Assembly (NCBI GenBank): GCA_000435755.1
Contig: FR889080.1
Location: 14,562-78,561 of the forward strand
Reading direction: 5' to 3'
DNA length: 64,000 nucleotides
Source of the DNA: Clostridium sp. CAG:508
Lineage (GTDB): Bacteria > Bacillota > Clostridia > TANB77 > CAG-508
Part shown: piece by piece, positions 59,970 to 64,000 of the stretch
Layout of the letters: every line of letters starts with the position of its first letter
Numbering within the stretch: the first letter of the stretch is position 1
The notes under the pieces: model-generated
Told to the model about the DNA's origin: nothing
The model's input: only the letters and a program-made list of their open reading frames with translations
Databases searched by the model: none
Translations under genes and position numbers: made by a program

Positions 59970-61062
59970 AAGTTATATATTCTTCAATTAATAATTTAAT
60001 TACTGTGGCAACTGGTACTGCTAAAAACATTCCCAATACTCCAAAATATGCTCCACCTATTGTTACTGCAAATATTACTAAAAGTGGGCTTATAGATAAT
60101 GAGCTTCCTAAAATTTTAGGATTTATAATATTTGCATCGATTTGTTGTAATACTATTACAACTATTGCCATAATAATTGCTTGACCTATACCTCCTGTAA
60201 ATATAGTAATAAGTATAGCTACTGCTACTGCAATGATAGCTCCAAAGTATGGTATCAAGTTAAATAATCCTATCATAAATCCTAATAGTACTGCATATTT
60301 TACACCAATTATTGACATAGCAATTGCAGTTAATATTCCTACTACTATTGCATCTAGTACCTGCCCTGCTATAAAGCTGAAAAATACTTCATTTGATTTA
60401 TTAAAATATTTTCCAATCATTTTGTATGTCTCTTCTTTAAATATAGCTGATGCCAATTTTCTCAAAAAGTCTAAAATTCTTCTTCTTTCTGCTAATAAGT
60501 ATACTGAAACTATAAATGAAACAAATACATCAAATATGCTATTTACAATATTTATTGCTCCTTTTGCATATTCGGTTAGCTTTTCTATATTTATATATTG
60601 TTTAAAATCAATTTCACTTATTCCTTTTATAGCATTTAAAACCGCTTCACTCTTTAGTACTGAATCCTCTGGTAATTCATTTATAGTATTCATTGTGTTA
60701 TTATAATAATTTCCAAAGTTAGTAACTAAGTCTACAATACTTTTTGATATTGCTGGTATTACAAAGTTTAGTGCTAGTATAATTAGCAATACTGCTATAA
60801 TATATACTGTTATAATCGATAATACTCTTGCTCTTTTTGAAATAGGTTTTACCTTCTTATACCAACTTTCAACTTTTCTACATGGAATGTAAAATAAATA
60901 TGCTATAAGCAGACCTGCAATAAATGGCATTAAAATATTTAATAGCTTTGCCAACCAAGCTGTTATAGGTCCGAAATTGTCTAGTAATTTATATACTGCA
61001 ATAATAGCCACTCCTAGGCTAAACCAATATAGCCATTTTAAGCTTTTCTTTTTTTCTTCCAT
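59950..61062 (-). CDS. AI-2E family transporter (PerM/YdiK-like, UPF0118)
   Basis: 370 aa, 8 TM, characteristic C-terminal GxxGxxLAVP region. Confidence 0.8.
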   Translation of the reverse strand: MEEKKKSLKWLYWFSLGVAIIAVYKLLDNFGPITAWLAKLLNILMPFIAGLLIAYLFYIPCRKVESWYKKVKPISKRARVLSIITVYIIAVLLIILALNFVIPAISKSIVDLVTNFGNYYNNTMNTINELPEDSVLKSEAVLNAIKGISEIDFKQYINIEKLTEYAKGAINIVNSIFDVFVSFIVSVYLLAERRRILDFLRKLASAIFKEETYKMIGKYFNKSNEVFFSFIAGQVLDAIVVGILTAIAMSIIGVKYAVLLGFMIGLFNLIPYFGAIIAVAVAILITIFTGGIGQAIIMAIVVIVLQQIDANIINPKILGSSLSISPLLVIFAVTIGGAYFGVLGMFLAVPVATVIKLLIEEYITYKTSTN

Positions 61063-61071
61063 TTTTACCTC

Positions 61072-61833
61072 CTACAACTCTATTCCAACAGGACAATGAT
61101 CACTGCCCATAACATCTGAATAAATTCTTGCTTCTTTTACTTCTTTTTCGATTGATTGTGATACTATAAAGTAGTCTATTCTCCAGCCTGCATTATTAGC
61201 TCTTGCATTAAACATATATGACCACCAAGTATAACAATTCTCTTTTGTAGGATATAAATATCTAAAAGTATCTGTAAAACCGGCATCTAATAATTCTGTC
61301 ATTTTTCCTCTTTCTTCATCTGTAAATCCTGCATTATGCCTATTAGTTTTTGGATTTTTTAAGTCTATTTCTTCATGTGCTACATTTAAATCTCCACACA
61401 AAATTACTGGCTTTGTTTCATTTAGTTTTAATAAGTAGTTCTTAATTTCATCTTCCCATGTCATTCTATATTCTAATCTTTCTAGTTCTCTTTTGGAATT
61501 CGGAGTATAGCAATTTACTAAATAAAATTTTTCAAACTCTAGTGTTATTATTCTTCCTTCTTGGTCATGTTCTTCTATTCCTATTCCATATGTAACATTA
61601 AGTGGCTTTTGTTTTGTAAATACTGCTGTGCCTGAATATCCTTTTCTTATAGCACTATTCCAATAACAATTATATTTACTAAATAAGCTTTTTATTTCAT
61701 CATCTATTTGGTCTTGTTGCATTTTTGTTTCTTGTATACAAAATATATCTGCATCTTCCTTCTCAAAAAATTCTTTAAAGCCTTTTTTAATAACTGCTCT
61801 CAAACCATTTACATTCCATGAAATTAATTTCAT
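61072..61833 (-). CDS. xth: Exodeoxyribonuclease III
   Basis: MKLISWNVNGLRA start with RBS AAGGAGAG. DLNVAHEEIDL and SDHCPV motifs. The ORF-track extension is ignored. Confidence 0.9.
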   Translation of the reverse strand: MKLISWNVNGLRAVIKKGFKEFFEKEDADIFCIQETKMQQDQIDDEIKSLFSKYNCYWNSAIRKGYSGTAVFTKQKPLNVTYGIGIEEHDQEGRIITLEFEKFYLVNCYTPNSKRELERLEYRMTWEDEIKNYLLKLNETKPVILCGDLNVAHEEIDLKNPKTNRHNAGFTDEERGKMTELLDAGFTDTFRYLYPTKENCYTWWSYMFNARANNAGWRIDYFIVSQSIEKEVKEARIYSDVMGSDHCPVGIEL

Positions 61834-61940
61834 ATTTCTTCTCTCCTTGTGCAAATAATATACCATAAAACTTCCACTAATTCAAGTAGGGTGGCTGAAG
61901 GCAATAAAAAAGTTCCTATTTTTTAGGAACTCTTTTTATA

Positions 61941-62942
61941 TTACATTGCATTGAAGTATACGTTACCACCAATGTTTACACCACTTGCATATCCTGATGA
62001 TCTAAATGATAAGTAGTTATGGTTTCTTTTACCATTTAAGGCATCTATAACTGCTTGTTTTACATATGATGGATAATTTCCGTTTAATCTTCTTCTCCAG
62101 TGATTGTCTATTGAGTAACAGAATTGACCTCTTGCTTTATATTGGCTTAATGGGTCTGTTCCATTATATCTCCATCTTCTACTTTCTGCTCTGTTTGCTG
62201 CACATGTTATAACAGCTAAGGCAGCATTATAACTTGAACAAGCCTCTTGTGCTGTAATAGCACATAATAAGTCAAGTTCTGCTTCTGAATAAGTCCATTT
62301 ACCACCATATCTAGTAGTTGTGCCACCTCTTGATGTAACCTGCTTATTTCTTACTTCTACTATTTTGTTCACTGGTTTCTTAATTATTTTTGAAGAAATT
62401 TCTTTTTTCTCAATTTCAACATCATTTTGATATTTTACTTTATAAGTAACTTCTTTTATACCATTTACACCATATTGTATAATTTGGTTTTGTTTTGAAC
62501 CCGAACCTGATGCTTTATTTTTTGTAACTGTTTCGAAAGGTATTTTTACTTTTTCAACTACTATTTTTTCAATAATAGTATCATAATTTTTTAATACTTC
62601 TTCCATTGTAATAGTTTCTGATGTTTCTATAACTTCAGGGGCTTCAATTTCTTCATCTGTAATTTTAGAAATTTTAATTGTATTGTTATCTGATAGCTCT
62701 GACTCTAAATCAGGTGATACCTTTTCATCTTCAAGTAATATAATATGATTGTCATCTAATATATCTGCTATTTTAGTTTTGCTAGTTAATACATTCATTT
62801 CGTAACCACTAGCTAAAATAATTTTAACATTATTTAATTTTACGTTTCCAGCTACTACTGCAGCTGTCATTATAAAAACAAATAAAATGCTAATACAAAT
62901 TATTTTTTTCAGCGATATTGATGCTTTATCATCATTTTTCAT
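61941..62942 (-). CDS. Cell-wall hydrolase with N-terminal TM, DUF348/G5-like region and a C-terminal SleB/CwlJ-type (Hydrolase_2) domain
   Basis: C-terminus ...QYKARGQFCYSIDNHWRRRLNGNYPSYVKQAVIDALNG matches the SleB-family catalytic domain. A G5-like segment lies in the middle. Confidence 0.65.
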   Translation of the reverse strand: MKNDDKASISLKKIICISILFVFIMTAAVVAGNVKLNNVKIILASGYEMNVLTSKTKIADILDDNHIILLEDEKVSPDLESELSDNNTIKISKITDEEIEAPEVIETSETITMEEVLKNYDTIIEKIVVEKVKIPFETVTKNKASGSGSKQNQIIQYGVNGIKEVTYKVKYQNDVEIEKKEISSKIIKKPVNKIVEVRNKQVTSRGGTTTRYGGKWTYSEAELDLLCAITAQEACSSYNAALAVITCAANRAESRRWRYNGTDPLSQYKARGQFCYSIDNHWRRRLNGNYPSYVKQAVIDALNGKRNHNYLSFRSSGYASGVNIGGNVYFNAM

Positions 62943-63201
62943 TTTTAATTTGTTCCCTCCTTTAAAAGCAACATCTATATTATACCATTTTAAACAAATA
63001 TTGTCAAATTTTATGCCGTTTTGTGTACTTCCCTAGGCTCTAGGGATTTATTTTTTTGTCATCTTTGTAATATTCTTCATGTCTTTACATATACTATATT
63101 ATATGCGTGCTTGTACACAAATATGATTTATTTTTTTCTATTTTTTATTGTATATTATTTTAATATATGTTATTATTATTTCATAATATTAGTATAAAGG
63201 A

Positions 63202-63765
63202 GTGAAATTTATGTTGTGGATTATTTTAATAATCGTTGTTCTTTTAATATTATTTATTATTTCTGTATATAATAGTTTAGTAACATTAAGACAACGCGTA
63301 AAAAATGCTTTTGGACAAATGGATGTGCAATTACAAAGAAGATTTGATTTAATTCCTAATTTAGTTGAAACTGTTAAAGGTTATATGACTCATGAGAGTG
63401 ATACTTTAGCTAAAGTAACTGAATTACGTACTGCTTGGGCTGGTGCTAAAACAGTTGATGAAAAAGCTAAATTAGATAATGAATTATCTAATACTTTAAA
63501 AACCATTATGGCTGTTGCTGAAGCTTACCCTGATTTAAAAGCAAATCAAAATTTTGAAAGTTTGCAAAATGAATTAACAGAAACAGAGGATAAGATCTCT
63601 TATTCTAGACAATTCTATAATGACACTGTTACAAAATATAACACAAAATTAGAATTGTTCCCATCAAACATTGTTGCTGGTATGTTCCACTTTACAGCTG
63701 AAAGTTTATTTGAAGTTGATAGTGCAGAAGCTAGAAAAAATGTTAAAGTTGATTTTAATAAATAA
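63202..63765 (+). CDS. lemA: LemA-family protein
   Basis: N-terminal TM, then LVTLRQRVKNAFGQMDVQLQRRFDLIPNLVETVKGY, the LemA signature. Confidence 0.85.
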   Translation: MKFMLWIILIIVVLLILFIISVYNSLVTLRQRVKNAFGQMDVQLQRRFDLIPNLVETVKGYMTHESDTLAKVTELRTAWAGAKTVDEKAKLDNELSNTLKTIMAVAEAYPDLKANQNFESLQNELTETEDKISYSRQFYNDTVTKYNTKLELFPSNIVAGMFHFTAESLFEVDSAEARKNVKVDFNK

Positions 63766-63770
63766 TTTTT

Positions 63771-63800
63771 AAACACCAATTGAAATATCAATTGGTGTTT
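63771..63800. terminator. Bidirectional terminator
   Basis: aaacaccaattga aat atcaattggtgttt, 13 bp stem. Confidence 0.7.
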
Positions 63801-64000
63801 ATTTTTAATATATTTTTTGTATTTTCGTAAGTAATTTTAGCCACCTCTTCCATTGACATTTGTTTTACATCTGCTATTTTTTGAAGTGTATATATTAAGT
63901 TTGAAGAATCATTTCTAGTTCCACGTTTTGGTTCTGGTGCTAAATATGGGCTGTCTGTCTCTACTAAAATTCTATCTAATGGCACTAAACTTATTGCTTC
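63788..64000 (-). CDS. TatD-family hydrolase, C-terminal part (partial; continues beyond the window)
   Basis: ILVETDSPYLAPEPKRGTRN is the TatD C-terminal motif. The frame is open to the window edge. Confidence 0.55.
   Translation of the reverse strand, partial: EAISLVPLDRILVETDSPYLAPEPKRGTRNDSSNLIYTLQKIADVKQMSMEEVAKITYENTKNILKINTN

Overview
This is a 64 kb chromosomal window from a low-GC (about 27 to 30%, judged by eye) Gram-positive, Firmicutes-type bacterium. Nearly all genes are on the minus strand. The core is housekeeping: rpoB and rpoC, rpsB and tsf, dnaB, rplI, gdpP, ftsH, tilS, a class B PBP, hup, alr, uppP, ppa, pdp, rnhB, xth and glcK. Gene order is scrambled relative to Bacillus (no rplL or L7Ae context around rpoBC, no pyrH after tsf). 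The window also holds a complete type IV pilus (T4P) locus: pilMN fusion, pilO-like, pilA, pilD, two minor pilins, pilB, pilT, pilC. Three of its four prepilin-like proteins lack the canonical Glu+5. Several accessory insertions are the most interesting parts. (1) A 2.07 kb cassette of small membrane proteins sits next to tRNA-Leu(UAA) and is bounded by 62 bp direct repeats that include the tRNA 3' end. (2) A membrane-anchored VirD4/TraG-like coupling ATPase lies convergent to a winged-helix (replication-relaxation-like) protein, with a perfect 19 bp palindromic operator; this may be a decayed mobilisation module. (3) An ECF sigma and zf-HC2 anti-sigma pair has a recognisable autoregulatory promoter, followed by a GC-rich secreted-protein gene interrupted by an in-frame TGA. 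(4) A DUF3006 plus MBL-fold hydrolase pair has elevated GC. (5) A roughly 45% GC, 330 bp locus just downstream of rpoC has a near-consensus sigma-A promoter, a terminator and an 8 bp 5'/3' closing stem; it is either a small orphan gene or a structured RNA. (6) A hicAB cassette is flanked by identical 33 bp terminator hairpins, and hicA carries a homopolymer frameshift. I cannot name one definitive undescribed system; items 1, 2 and 5 are the best candidates for something new. All calls come from reading the sequence and family knowledge; no database searches were run.
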